A stretch of DNA of 60,777 bases, the filler included, from Stramenopiles sp. TOSAG23-2 (Eukaryota): the NCBI GenBank assembly GCA_900128395.1. It is 4 parts of 4 records of this genome, joined end to end, with 100 filler letters (N's around TTAATTAATTAA, not from the genome) between each part and the next. Parts side by side here need not be neighbours in the genome. Positions count along the whole stretch, not along the records: positions 1 to 15,138 come from LT649725.1; positions 15,239 to 30,368 come from LT649726.1; 2 more parts are not named here. One strand, 5' to 3'. A model generated the notes under the pieces. It saw only the letters and a list, made by a program, of their open reading frames with translations. It ran no database searches and was not told the DNA's origin. The translations under genes were made by a program, and so were the position numbers. Below are positions 10,958 through 23,499 of this stretch, one piece after another (position 1 is the first letter of the stretch; each line of letters opens with the position of its first letter).

Positions 10958-12253
10958 TTACCATCTTCTTTGCCTTGGCGCACCTCTTTCACTATATCCA
11001 CCACCACCTCCACGTCTATAACTATCATTACCATCCCTACTATAACTATCACCACCTCTGCGTGTACCTAACTGGGTATGATTAGGATTGTTACTTCTAC
11101 CACCTCCACCGCCACCGCCGCGGCGGCCACCACCGCCACCACTACGTCTGTCTTGATAACCACCACCTCCGCCTCCGCCACCACCACCATTACCACCACT
11201 CCGACTCATAAAGGTTGCTGTCACTTTAGGAGTAACTTTGGGAGCACCGCAACGTCTACAATTTAACCTATCCATAAAGTTGGAAACGCCACAACTACCA
11301 CATGTCCATTCCTCACGTTTTTGTCGTTTAAAATCTCTTCTACCACCATCTCGTCCTCCACCATAGCCTCTACCACCATCGCCTCTGCCATAATTTCCTC
11401 CACCATTACGTCCACTACCATAATTTCTACTACTACTACTACTACCAAACCTACTATTATCGCGCGCAACTCGTTCCTCATATTCTCTTAACCCACGTGG
11501 TGGATTATTTTTTTCCATCACTTTTAAAAATTCACGCAAATGTTTCCAACCACGATATTGCTTTCCTTGGAAATACAAATCCATACGCTCTTCGCCATCT
11601 AATGATGAGTAATAATGACCTGTAACTGTGCATACAATTAATTTGCTTTCGTTTTGCTTGATTCCAGCAGATGCTGCACTTACACCTTGTGTAATTGCCA
11701 ATCTTTGTTTATTTAATAAATCGATTTCTTTCATAATTCGTAATGCTTCATTAGCATTATTATCTTCGCCATATTTCTCTGCTTCGTCCGTTTTTTCTTG
11801 AATTTTCGTAGTAATGTCGATCAATTTCGCTTTATCATCTTCATTCAAATCGGCCATGGTAGCTGGCCGTTCCTCTGCTTCCAAACGTTTTTTACTATTT
11901 TCAATTTTTTGATCACATTTCCGTACTAGTTGTTGTAAAAAAACCATCGTTTTGTATTCATATCCATATTTATCTTTTTCCCTTTGAGGTAAACTATTCC
12001 ACTCTTTAATAGGCCCCGCTAATCTTGGATTTGTAAGCCCATATATACTATATGGGGATGGTCCCAAATCACTCTTTGTTTGATTAAATAAAGTATGCGG
12101 ACATATACCGCATAATGTATATTTACATACTTCCCTATCACTAAATTTAAGTTTCACTTCCTCCTTTAAACTTGAACGGTTAATACCTAATAATGTATCG
12201 CATAATTCCCTTGCCGCCGTAATTGCTTTTTGATGTTGCGATTTGTTTGGCAT
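10958..12253 (-). CDS. LUC7: LUC7-like U1 snRNP splicing factor with RanBP2-type zinc finger and RGG tail
   Basis: FSDREVCKYTLCGICPHTLFNQTKSDLG, coiled coil, KLIVC..GKQYRGW; WTCGSCGVSNFMDRLNCRRCG; Gly/Arg-rich tail. Confidence 0.85.
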   Translation of the reverse strand: MPNKSQHQKAITAARELCDTLLGINRSSLKEEVKLKFSDREVCKYTLCGICPHTLFNQTKSDLGPSPYSIYGLTNPRLAGPIKEWNSLPQREKDKYGYEYKTMVFLQQLVRKCDQKIENSKKRLEAEERPATMADLNEDDKAKLIDITTKIQEKTDEAEKYGEDNNANEALRIMKEIDLLNKQRLAITQGVSAASAGIKQNESKLIVCTVTGHYYSSLDGEERMDLYFQGKQYRGWKHLREFLKVMEKNNPPRGLREYEERVARDNSRFGSSSSSRNYGSGRNGGGNYGRGDGGRGYGGGRDGGRRDFKRQKREEWTCGSCGVSNFMDRLNCRRCGAPKVTPKVTATFMSRSGGNGGGGGGGGGGYQDRRSGGGGGRRGGGGGGGRSNNPNHTQLGTRRGGDSYSRDGNDSYRRGGGGGYSERGAPRQRRW

Positions 12254-12715
12254 AGTTATTACTATTGTTATGATTACAAACTATATATATTATATATATA
12301 TATATATGATAGACTATATATGATATGATATAATGCTTCTTACTATTTATAAAATATCATATCTTATCTATCCATTTAAATTACGAATCATTCAATATTT
12401 TATTAATAATAGTTGTATAATTTGTTGTTTTTGATGGAGTGAGTAGTTGTTGTTTTCCAGCTAGCAGCAGCAGGTTTTCCAGGGGTTTTCACCACTTCTT
12501 TTTTTCTCTTCTTCTTTCATTTTATATTTTAAGTACAAATTATTAATATAGTATGTGATAGAGAGTTAAAACAGGCCACAGTATAGTATAATTTCAATAT
12601 AATAGACTAACCAGCAACCAGCTAGCTTATTTTTTATAATGTGTGCGTTTTTAATCTCAAAAAACAAATATATACCACGTCGTGTAAATTTAAAAAGTGG
12701 TGCATGGGTGTGTTT

Positions 12716-15095
12716 TTAAACTGAAACTTTCATAGGTCTGATAGTAATGGAATATTCCCATTCTTCCTCCGGTGGTATAAAATACTCATCTAATGTTACT
12801 GGACTCCAACTATTATCACCACCCACACCCATATGTGCGCAATCAATATGCAGGTACAATGGACTATCACTATTATCATCAATTGGTGGTAAATCTTCTT
12901 CATGCAATGCATTTGCAAGTTCATCGACAGAGTATCGGCTGACTGAGAAATGTGCACCTTTATCACCATTTTTAGGTCTTTCTGCCTTTGTTTCTTTCAA
13001 ATTATTGTACGATATATGTAACGAATTTGTAGCATCTGATTTTTTTGCTTTTTCATCTATCAAACAAACAGATTTTACACCCCCCCTTGAACCATTTTCC
13101 CCTGGCACAATGTATGGAGTATGCATTTCATCAATAGTTTTAGAATGGACACCATACCATGCTGCTTCTTGGCGATCATTATAATTTTCATGAGGACCAA
13201 GCCCATTCCACATAACTGATGTATATTTAGCAGGTAATTGCAAGACAAGACCTATGCGAGGTAACGTCTTTATTTTTCTCCTATGACGTATTAAATATGT
13301 ACTAGGTACAACATGTACATGAACGACTACAGCATCTTCGCAAAACTTCCATTCTGTAGTAGTTTCAAACAGTAAACGATTATAATTTCCATAATGTTTC
13401 TCAGTCGTGTTCCAATATGGCATATTATCATTTTCAGTTATATCTGTTTTTCCAAACTTAACATTTTCAGTTTTCAATTTATTCAATCCCAAGCTCAACC
13501 AATGGAAATTGTATGAACATTCATCTCTGTAAAGTACTTTACAAATTTCAAGTGCGAAACTTGGCATTATATTTCCACCTTGCGTATCTAGTCCACCTTT
13601 ATCATTATCTGTTGGGCTGCGATAAAAACAATGATCTAAACCTAAAATTTGTTCATTGCCAAAATTTAAAACTTGCAGTTTTCCTGATTCTATAGAAAAT
13701 TGACAATCGTAATTATCTGTGTCAATTGTTAACATATCATTATCCGCCATTTCATGCCATGATTCAGCCGCATCTAAATCCTCTTCTTCATCATTAACTT
13801 TAGATAATGGTAAAACATTATGTGCAATTACAGTAGGTTCATTTTCCATTAACCAAACGCAAGGCATCGACATTATAGCCCAACAATGCAATTGGCAACC
13901 TTCTTCGCAATCCGCTGAAGATGAAGGATCAAATGGTATTGTAAATTCAGTTGATTCAAATGGTCCAGCTAATGGATTTTCTACTTCGGCTACTCCACGT
14001 GCAACATACACGCCGCTACTATTTGCTACAGCCCATTCAAACTTCAAATGGGATAAATCTAAATGATCATGTCTATTTAAAACGCATATTGTTGGCAGGG
14101 AAGATACTTCATCATCATCATCATCATCATCTTGCATTAATGAAAATACGACGCGGGATTGTAAATATTTAAATTCCTCCAATGCTGGCTTCCCAGTTCG
14201 ATCTGGGAAACATACACCATTGATGCAAAATTGTTTATCGCCTTTACCTGAATTAGGGCCAAAATCACCACCATATCCATATCCCAATCCTTCTGAATAT
14301 TCTAACCCCTGATCAATCCAATCCCATACGAAGCCACCTTGCAATTGTTTATGTTGTGGCAACCTAGACCAAAACAAATCAAAATAATGTGATAAATTTC
14401 CATTTGAGTTTCCCATTGCATGTGTATATTCACATAAGATCAAAGGTCGAGTTTCCCTTCGTTCTTGTACTGTACTTTCGATTTGTTTTGCGCTGTGATA
14501 CATAGGACATACAATATCTGTTAAACTATGCGGCCCTTGCCCATTGCCTAACATTAAAACTGCATCGCCATGATCTCTTCCACCTTCATATTGCACAGGA
14601 CGAGTTGGATCAAATTCACGAAGCCATGCAGAACATGCTTCTAGATTTGGGCCATTTCCTGATTCATTTCCCAAGGAATGTATAATTACGCAAGGGTAAT
14701 TAATAGAACGACGTGCCATAGATTGTACCCTTGATAGAAATAGATTTTTCCATTCAGGTAAACATGCTAGTAATGAAAATGTAGATGACAAAGTAAATCC
14801 ATGTGTTTCAATATTTCCTTCATCACATACATACAAGCCAATTTCATTTGCCATATCATATAAATGAAAGGCATTTGGATAATGGCTACAGCGTACTGCA
14901 TTAAAATTCTTTCGTTTCATCAATATTAAATCTATCAATGTCTCCTTCGCAGAAACAGTTTTACCATTAGCAGCTGAGTGTTCATGCCTATTTGCCCCGC
15001 AAATAGTTACAGCTTTGCCATTGACACGCAAATTTCCATCTACTATTTCTACATTCCGAAAACCAACCCTGAAAACTTCTCCTTGAACATTGCAA
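12716..15095 (-). CDS. GH2 beta-galactosidase (LacZ-like), 5'-truncated at contig end
   Basis: GANRHEH, FNAVRCSHYP, SLGNESG acid/base, LILCEYTHAMGNS nucleophile, GGFVWDWIDQG, GVGGDNSW; frame open upstream (VGFRNVEIVDG) to a possible acceptor near 15096. Confidence 0.92.
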
Positions 15096-15138
15096 CTATT
15101 AATAAATTAAATGCGTGGGGATATCCATAGAATGCCGG

Positions 15139-15238
15139 NNNNNNNNNNNNNNNNNNNNNNNNNNNNNNNNNNNNNNNNNNNNTTAATTAATTAANNNNNN
15201 NNNNNNNNNNNNNNNNNNNNNNNNNNNNNNNNNNNNNN
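15139..15238. other. Artificial contig linker (N44-TTAATTAATTAA-N44)
   Basis: 100-nt spacer with a six-frame stop core. Confidence 0.97.
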
Positions 15239-15411
15239 TATTCTTTTGAAGAGTAGGAATTATCATGAGTAAATTAAAAATAAATTATGCGTAAATTAAA
15301 TTATATATAATATATGACCATCTTTAATATAAATTATGGTCATATTATATTCGTATTTCAAGATTTCACACACATAATTTAAATATTTTTTTGATACACC
15401 ATATAAATTTC

Positions 15412-18162
15412 TCAATAACCGCCATGATATCCACCTTCCAAATGACCATAAATTGGTTCTGCCCTTCTTCTTCTTTGGGGATACCGATCCGGCCGACCAT
15501 CACCGAAGTGATTATGCCAACCACCATTTACTTGTTCCTCTCCATCTTCCACTTCTCCTTGCCCGTATTGTTGATGACGAGGATTTTGCCCATAATGATG
15601 ACGATATTCATCGGTATTATCATGATCTTGCCACATTCTATTATTGCGTGGAACATAATTTGATTGATACTCTTCTTTTCTTTCTGGCATATATTGATCA
15701 TCCTCTTCCATGCCAAATCCAGCATTGCGACGATCTCTAGGATCAAATCCAAGTTGGCCAGGATGTTCATAATTTGCCCTACCCCTTCTTCTAATTCTAC
15801 CTCTTCCAGTACGCCTATGTCTACGGCGACGATGATTTGCATTTCTTCGTTTTACTGCATGTTGTACAATATCAGGGTGTATAAAAAAGTCATCAACACC
15901 AGAATCAGACGCACGTGCAAGAAATCCTTTTTCCTTGAACAATTGACGTACTTGAAGTACATCGCCCAGTGCATCCATGTCATTCGATTCTCGTAATAGC
16001 GCTACGTTGGATTCAATTTGCACAATACCGAACGAATTTTTTTCGAAATCAATGCTTTCAACAATTTCTTTTTCAAAACCTTCTACATCAATCGATAAAA
16101 AATCAATAGTACCTTGTTTCGGACGATATTTGTTTAATAAATCGTTCAAATCATAACATTGAACGGGATAATTTTGTTTACTCCATCCTTTTTTTTTCAC
16201 TTTTTTTTCGATAATTGATTTATGGTATTTAGTCATTTTGTTTTCAAAGCCGCTTAATCCAGTCCATTGTCCATTTTCATCCAATACATCTAAATACATC
16301 AAATTTTTATTGTTACCATTTGCATCTTTGCTACATATTGCACCATGTACACGAATACACTCGGGGCGATTTTTCTCTAAATCTTTAAATATTACTTTTG
16401 ACGGTTCAATGCAAAGTCCTGTCCAACATAACCGTTTTTCAAATACATAGGTTGAACTATCCACAAGACCATCCCCAACTCCAAATTCAACAAAAAAACC
16501 ATGGCGTTTCTTATTGAGTAATTTAAAGACAAAGTGATCTTGACCCTGACTTGCACGGAAATCCAATTTATTTAAATGAGCTATATCTGCTCGGCATCGT
16601 TTGCGTTCAATTCCACTTTCAGGTAAAATTATATTTTTATCATTAGGGATTTTTCCGTTTTCTTTTGTATTAGATTTTTGTGACATTCCTTTTGCTTCAG
16701 TATTAGTATCATCAGTAGAAATTATTACTTTATTAGATACAACCGAATCAATATTTTCCGATAATAAATTCTCATCTTCATCACTCTCCGCCTCGGGTTT
16801 CATATCATCCTTTTTATTATTAGATGGCAAGTTTATAGTGGAATTATTATCAATGTTTACATTTTTCACGGCGGTTTTATTTTCACTGCTAGTTAAAGCT
16901 CCCTCTGGTACTATATTTGGTATCAAATATTTTTTTTGATTATTACCCTTTTCATCATCATCTGGCTCTTCATCCATTTTTTCATCTTTTTTTATGCCTA
17001 ATAGATTATTTTCTTCTTTTTCTTCCTCCTCCTCTGGATCTTTTAATTCCTCTCCACCAAATTCGTCGTTTAAATCGTCAACATGATGTCCAATATCTTC
17101 ATACGCATCCTTATCTTCCTTCGATTCTTTGGATTCATCTTCTTCCCCGTCTTCTTCGTCTTCGTCCAAGTCTTTTGATTCATCTTCTTCCTCTGATTCG
17201 TCCTCAGATTCGTCCTCTGATTCATCTTCTAATTCCTTTACATTGTCTTCATTGTTGTCGATATTATTGCCATTACTAATTTCACCACCACCACTCTCTT
17301 TTTTGTTTTTTGGTATAGTTGCTTTTAGCTTTGCATGTCGTTGTGGTACACCATCAATAATTTGATTTGATAATTTATTATTATAATTTTTTTGTTTTAA
17401 ATTCATCATTTCATGTTCTGTTCTTTTGCGCAATTTTCGTTCTTTCTCAAGCAATTTTAAAACGTCATTATAATCTTTATCATATCGTTGTCTGAATGTC
17501 GATGCAATAACTTTTTTTCGTCTAATATGTTTTACATTATCAATATTATTATTAGAGTTGTAGTTCCTGTTATCAAACTCACCTTGTGGAGGAGCTTGGC
17601 CATTAACAGCAAAATCGTTATTATTAAGACCTTTATTACGCTCAATATTTTGATTGCTATTAGGACCTCTTCCGTCATCTGTGTCTTGAATTACTTTTCT
17701 TAACTTTCTATATCCTTTTGTCAATCTGTTCCCAATTCTTTTGACATCTCCTATAGCTTGCTGGTATCTTTCTGACTTGGATACTTTCTTATATGCACTA
17801 TCTATTGTTTCTCTTGTTTTTTGTCTTATATTACCAACAACTTTGTTCTTATCAATAACGTCATGTCCCATAATATAAATTAAACATATACCAAAAAATA
17901 AACCAGCGCATATGCCTATTAAACATAAGCATATACAAGTTGAAAATTTTTTCGTAGAACGATTTTTTTTATTATATTTTCGTTTATTGTATTTATTATC
18001 TTCTTCAGATGGTGAAAATGACGAAGAATTTGTAGTACTATAACTAGTTGAGGTCGAAGATGGCAATATATGATCATCTTTTGTATTTATGGAAAAACGC
18101 TGTGCGCCAGACATTATCCGTTTTACTGGCGATGCATTTTTTGATACACGTCGCATAGCCAT
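15412..18162 (-). CDS. Type II membrane FkbM-family methyltransferase with long acidic stem
   Basis: Single TM; SQGQD, GFFVEFGVGDG, WTGLCIEP, IDFLSIDVEGFE. Confidence 0.85.
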   Translation of the reverse strand: MAMRRVSKNASPVKRIMSGAQRFSINTKDDHILPSSTSTSYSTTNSSSFSPSEEDNKYNKRKYNKKNRSTKKFSTCICLCLIGICAGLFFGICLIYIMGHDVIDKNKVVGNIRQKTRETIDSAYKKVSKSERYQQAIGDVKRIGNRLTKGYRKLRKVIQDTDDGRGPNSNQNIERNKGLNNNDFAVNGQAPPQGEFDNRNYNSNNNIDNVKHIRRKKVIASTFRQRYDKDYNDVLKLLEKERKLRKRTEHEMMNLKQKNYNNKLSNQIIDGVPQRHAKLKATIPKNKKESGGGEISNGNNIDNNEDNVKELEDESEDESEDESEEEDESKDLDEDEEDGEEDESKESKEDKDAYEDIGHHVDDLNDEFGGEELKDPEEEEEKEENNLLGIKKDEKMDEEPDDDEKGNNQKKYLIPNIVPEGALTSSENKTAVKNVNIDNNSTINLPSNNKKDDMKPEAESDEDENLLSENIDSVVSNKVIISTDDTNTEAKGMSQKSNTKENGKIPNDKNIILPESGIERKRCRADIAHLNKLDFRASQGQDHFVFKLLNKKRHGFFVEFGVGDGLVDSSTYVFEKRLCWTGLCIEPSKVIFKDLEKNRPECIRVHGAICSKDANGNNKNLMYLDVLDENGQWTGLSGFENKMTKYHKSIIEKKVKKKGWSKQNYPVQCYDLNDLLNKYRPKQGTIDFLSIDVEGFEKEIVESIDFEKNSFGIVQIESNVALLRESNDMDALGDVLQVRQLFKEKGFLARASDSGVDDFFIHPDIVQHAVKRRNANHRRRRHRRTGRGRIRRRGRANYEHPGQLGFDPRDRRNAGFGMEEDDQYMPERKEEYQSNYVPRNNRMWQDHDNTDEYRHHYGQNPRHQQYGQGEVEDGEEQVNGGWHNHFGDGRPDRYPQRRRRAEPIYGHLEGGYHGGY

Positions 18163-18474
18163 GGTTCCAATACTTCTATATTAGTACTTATATATATATA
18201 TATAGTATATATATCTGCGCATGTGTATATTTGCTATTATTTCATATCTATATGTATAATACTAGCACACTTAACTATAACACGATATCTATTATTATTG
18301 GTGGTCGTCGGTGGTGCTGAAATAATAATTCTTCTTTTCGTTTATAGTTTGATCGTAGTATTTTATAAAAATGATGATGGTAGTGATGTAAAAATAAAAC
18401 AACAAAGGAAGAGCGATCTAATATATGTATTTATATATATGACAAAAGATAATTTGTAAATTATAATAAGAAAT

Positions 18475-21311
18475 ATGTTGTTAAGGAATATAATTAAAAG
18501 GACAACAAGACGTTCCTTTATCAAAAATGCAAAAAATAAATTAAAAAATGATAAAATAATAAATTTGCCAACATTTCAACCTTTGATTATTAATAATCAT
18601 TGTGATGATAATAATAATAATAATAATAATAGTACATATGTAAGATACTTTTCTGAAGAACCTGGACGTGGTCGTGGAAGAGGTAGAGGACGTGGAAGAG
18701 GTAGAGGACGCGATGGAAGACCTGTAAGGGGGCGAGGACGTGGAAGTACAAGAGAACGTGGAAGAGGTGGAAGAGGTGGACGAGATGCTTTTAGAAGAAA
18801 TCAATCACGCCAACCGAAAAAAAAAAAAAAAAAGAAGTAACTATGAATATTGTTGGTTACGATGAACATGGAGAAAAATTAAAATGTCTTAAATGTGGCA
18901 ATGAATTTATTTTTACACATGCACAAATTGTATTTTTTGCAGAAAGAGGATTTGACTCAAGACCAAAATATTGCGATAGATGTAGCAAACTAGTGAAAAA
19001 AAATAGTGGATTATACAATCAATCAAAAGAAAAATATATAGAAAGTCGGGAGAAATATTATCAACAAAAAAAGATTGCACGGTCAAAAAAAACAAAAGAA
19101 GAAATAGAAGAATTTAAACCAATAATGGGAAAGTATGGACAAATTCGAAAATGTAAATCTTGTTCAAAGAAATATTTATTCAGCAAACTGGACATGGATT
19201 ATTTTCGTCGATTTAATTTACGTCCTCCTTTAAAATGTAAAGAATGTAAAAAACAACAAAAAGCAACAAATACGGGAATAAAAAATATCAATTTGTTTGA
19301 TGCTGATGAAATGAATGAAATTGGACAAAAGCTACAAAAAAAAAGGAAAAAGAAAAAGAAAAAATATGATATAGGTACAGTTAACCATTATGAAAAATCA
19401 TATGTATTAGAAAAAGATGAAATTTGTGTGCGCGTATTAGGCACAACAAAGAAGTATGCGGAAATGAGACAAGCATTTGAAACAATGCTGAATGAGCGAA
19501 GAAATAAACAACAACCAATGCATATATACACATATAATTATGTCTTTCAACATTTAGCAAAAGATACTCATCCAAAGAAATGTTATACCATGAAATATTA
19601 TTATGATAAGTTAGTGGAAGATAACGACAAAGATAATTATCTACATCCAAAACCGACATTGAATACGTTTAATAAATTGATATTAGCTTTTTCACAAAGT
19701 CCTCAAGAAAAGCATCATAAAACCTTTTTAAACGAAATCATTTCTGATATGAATGATAAATACCAGATTCCATTTAATCACAGGACATATATTCCATTAA
19801 TAGTTTTATATGAAAAGCTTGGAGATGAGGAAAAATTTGATTATTACATGAAATGTTTAATGGCTGATGAAAGTATGACTGGTGATGATGGTGTTTCTGA
19901 TAAAGTAAAGAGATATCTTAGAAGAATGTATACCGAGTTGATAAATATTAGCTTGGAACGACAAAATTACAAAAAAATTCTCAAATTTGTGCAAGATATA
20001 ATAAAATATGACATTGTATATAAACCAATTGATAAAATGAAAGTTGGAAACGAACATATAAAACCTACATACAAAAGTAAAAAACCTTTAACAGATGCGT
20101 TGTTTAAAATTTATGAAAAGAATTTATGGAAAATTAAATTAACAGAAACAACTGGACCATATGATGCTTTAACCATTGCCTACAATACATTGATGCATTT
20201 ACATTGTCAACTGGGAGACTATGAGGCAGCAATTGAGGTGTTTGAAACCATTCAAAATATGGAAATAAATGAGAAATTGATCAATGCTGATACGTTTAAC
20301 GTCGTGCTTGAATTATTTTCAAACCAAGATGATTCGCAACAGGTTTTTAAATATTATGGTATGATGAAGAAGATGAGGAGTAACACCATACACCAGGACA
20401 ATACAATGGTTAAGCCAAATATTAAGACATATACAATATTATTGAATGAATATGCAAAGATGGAAAGGTATGACGAGATGAAAAAAAGTTTACACGAGAT
20501 GATAAATGTACAACAAGTTCATCCTGATCGAAGTATATACAATACTTTTATTGCATATCATTGTCTTTCTGGGGATCTTTTGAAAGCTACAAGGTGGTTT
20601 GAGCATATGAAACATGGAAATATACAACCAAGTGTATTTACTTACAATATACTTTACTTTACATCCATTTTAAATAGAGATTATAAGCGAGCTCATTCGA
20701 TATTAAACGAGGTGATCACATTTAACAAACTTATCAATAAACGAAACGTAGCGAAAGATTTTGATCCAACTTACGTATTGCCAGATACAAAGGGGTTTAT
20801 TATAAAAGATAAAGATCAGAAATTGAAATTTGACAAACGTTTAGGAAATTTATTTGGTTTGGATGAAAGAAACACGGATGAAGAAACCATCGTGATAATA
20901 AATGACTATTTCAATAAGGGGCAGTTACTTAAGCATTTTTTCTTTGATATGAAAGATAAAGTTAATTATAATTTGATCGTATCCCATTATCTTCGTTACG
21001 ATAGTGTTGGCATTCGCCATGCTATTGATATCAATACTACTACTGATGGTGGTGGTGGTGATGCTAAAGATGATAGTGATGATGAAGATATGAAATTTTT
21101 GTTTTCATTAAACGTGAAAAACGCAAATAAAGAAATAGATGAAGATGACTTAGATTATTGGCCAGATGATGATGATGAATATGATGATGTTTTTTATGAA
21201 TATGATAACGATGGTAATACACATTATTATTATGATGAGGATGATGAAAAAGGCCATGGTAATTACAAATATTATGCATATAAGAAGGATAGTGTTGTTC
21301 AACCCATATAA
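18475..21311 (+). CDS. Mitochondrial-targeted PPR protein with RG repeats and two zinc-ribbon domains; split by a frameshift in A17 (18817-18833)
   Basis: Arg-rich transit-like N-terminus; CxxC..F.F...Q.FF..RGF..PKYCxxC and a second similar unit; PPR motifs (YNTLMH, KPNIKTYTILL, PDRSIYNTFI, QPSVFTYNIL); one extra A fuses the two ORFs. Confidence 0.8.
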
Positions 21312-21544
21312 TTATATTTCTGGAAATTAAAAACTCTGAAGAGGGAGTATGATTTAAAAAATATTTTACGAAGTATTAATACAATACGGAAGTATAATAT
21401 ATCATAATGAGCCACCTCCGCTAATACCATCGCCAAACTCTAAAATCGCTTAATTTTTACACAAAATGCCGCCGGAAAATTAGTAAATCGTTTCTAATTG
21501 TAAAAAAAATCTCCCAAAAATATGTATGACAACCAATGAAAAAA

Positions 21545-22555
21545 TTATCGTATCAATAATACAGTTAATATGATTACAGTTACCATTTTCAAACTCATAG
21601 AATGAGAATATAATCTTGTAGCAGTTGATGCTCCCCATTGGAGTGTATCTTGGTACAATATCGGTAAATTTTTGTATACATATTTTCCAATGCCGCCACC
21701 GGATGCATCGGTAACATCAAAACAATGATCACCATTTCCATTTTTAATTTGACATGGATTTGTTGTTGTACATCCATACGAAGTAGCTTTTGCTGTATTT
21801 ATCCATGAAGTTACCTTCATGCCCCATGTGATTTCTATACCACCATTACCCATTTGACTATCTCTAATAAATTTTTCTCCATCTGATCTTGATAATTCAT
21901 CTTTATGTTTTCTAATGAGATCTACTGTTTTTTTAAAATCAAGTGAAATTTTCCAATACGTTCTACATAATATAGAAAAACATATTTTTTTCAATGAAAT
22001 CGTAATCAAAGAGCTGATTGCAGCATTTAATGTTTCTACAATTGGATCTTGTAATCCAGATTTTCCCACTTTTGCAATCATATATGTATATTTAAAGCCA
22101 CAACTATTTGCTTTGTTTGGATCATATTCATCATCAGTTGTACACGATGGAGGCACTGCAACCCAACATCTGTGCCCACCGTCTCTACGATATCCATTTT
22201 TATAAGGTTCAAAAACTGTGCCATTGCCATTTTCAACTTTTATAGCAATTTGTTCACTTGCAATTGGACATTGCTTTTTTTCGTCACAATGGGTTTGGCA
22301 TACCACTGAGCCAATATTAAATTGATATATTTTAATTGGAGGGCAGCGTTCTGGTGGAATAGCATCTATTTTGATATTTATTATTGTACCATCATTTGAG
22401 CAACATGTATTTGGTGTACATTTTTTGTAGTTTTCAGGACATTTGAATTTTATTGAAAGTGCAAAATGAAAACAGAATAATAATATTATTAAAAAATAAT
22501 ATTGATATAATGAATAATAAGCCATTAGTATCGAAGTGTCAGTAATATATACCAA
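21545..22555 (-). CDS. Secreted or GPI-anchored Cys-rich hypothetical protein
   Basis: Hydrophobic N- and C-termini, many Cys. Confidence 0.6.
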   Translation of the reverse strand: MVYITDTSILMAYYSLYQYYFLIILLFCFHFALSIKFKCPENYKKCTPNTCCSNDGTIINIKIDAIPPERCPPIKIYQFNIGSVVCQTHCDEKKQCPIASEQIAIKVENGNGTVFEPYKNGYRRDGGHRCWVAVPPSCTTDDEYDPNKANSCGFKYTYMIAKVGKSGLQDPIVETLNAAISSLITISLKKICFSILCRTYWKISLDFKKTVDLIRKHKDELSRSDGEKFIRDSQMGNGGIEITWGMKVTSWINTAKATSYGCTTTNPCQIKNGNGDHCFDVTDASGGGIGKYVYKNLPILYQDTLQWGASTATRLYSHSMSLKMVTVIILTVLLIR

Positions 22556-22646
22556 AAATACAAAACATAAAGACGAAACAGTAATGCGTCGAAGAGTAGC
22601 TACTATATATCTTTTTATCTTGTTGGTTTACTATTTTTTACTTACA

Positions 22647-22944
22647 TTTTTAGTTGTTTAATAGTGCCAAGTGCCGTGAAAGGCAAGGACCCCTGCCCTG
22701 AATTTATGTAAAAACGATGGAAATGTCGTTTAACAAGGAAAAAATTAAGGTGAAAAAATTGATTTTCATTGTCAATAAATGGACTGTACAAAATTTTTTT
22801 AGTTGTTTAATAGTGCCAAGTGCCGTGAAAGGCAAGGACCCCTGCCCTGAATTTATGTAAAAACGATGGAAATGTCGTTTAACAAGGAAAAAATTAAGGT
22901 GAAAAAATTGATTTTCATTGTCAATAAATGGACTGTACAAAATT
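22647..22944. repeat. 149-bp tandem duplication (x2)
   Basis: 22647-22795 matches 22796-22944. Confidence 0.9.
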
Positions 22945-23499
22945 GTCAATAAAATATGTTTTACAAACAGCAGCAACACAGCACCGAAATCACACAAATT
23001 TGTCACGCTTTACCTGCTATTTACCTGTTAATGACAGCGGAATTCTCTACGCCGTACATAGCAGGGACTGTACAAAATACCTGCTGTGTCTATATTCATG
23101 TACAAAATACCTGCTGTGTCCATAGTCCATAGTATTAAAATGACATTCCAGCATTCCTCTACCATACACACAGGTAGTACTTGTAAGACTTTTGTACTTA
23201 AAATCACTTTTCCTATATGCTTAGACTAGTTTTTTAATTCTAATAATCTTTATCCACCCTTTGATGTGTATACACACAGTTATATATTTTATACATATAT
23301 AGATTTAAAGCTACAGAGTCTAATATAATAATTTATACTTTTTATACTATATTTATTTTAATACTGTTTTCCTTAAATATTTATTTCTTCCAAGTCTCTT
23401 CTTTGTTATCTTGCTTCGTTAATACCCCTATACACATCACACATCAGGGCAGGGAATTAGATATATACAAAGAGCTTTTAGTTGTACTGTATGTATTAA

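Noticed and set aside
12716..15095. Bacterial contaminant lacZ
   Set aside because: Host-like composition, poly-Asp insert and the same contig as LUC7
15183..15194. Recurrent TTAATTAATTAA palindrome as a biological site
   Set aside because: Always centred in N44 blocks; it is a six-frame-stop assembly linker
18817..18833. Programmed ribosomal frameshifting at poly-A runs (also 31242-31250)
   Set aside because: Homopolymer indel error is simpler; no stimulatory structure is evident and it cannot be supported without reads
22647..22944. Possible CRISPR-like array
   Set aside because: Only two long contiguous units, no unique spacers and no cas genes
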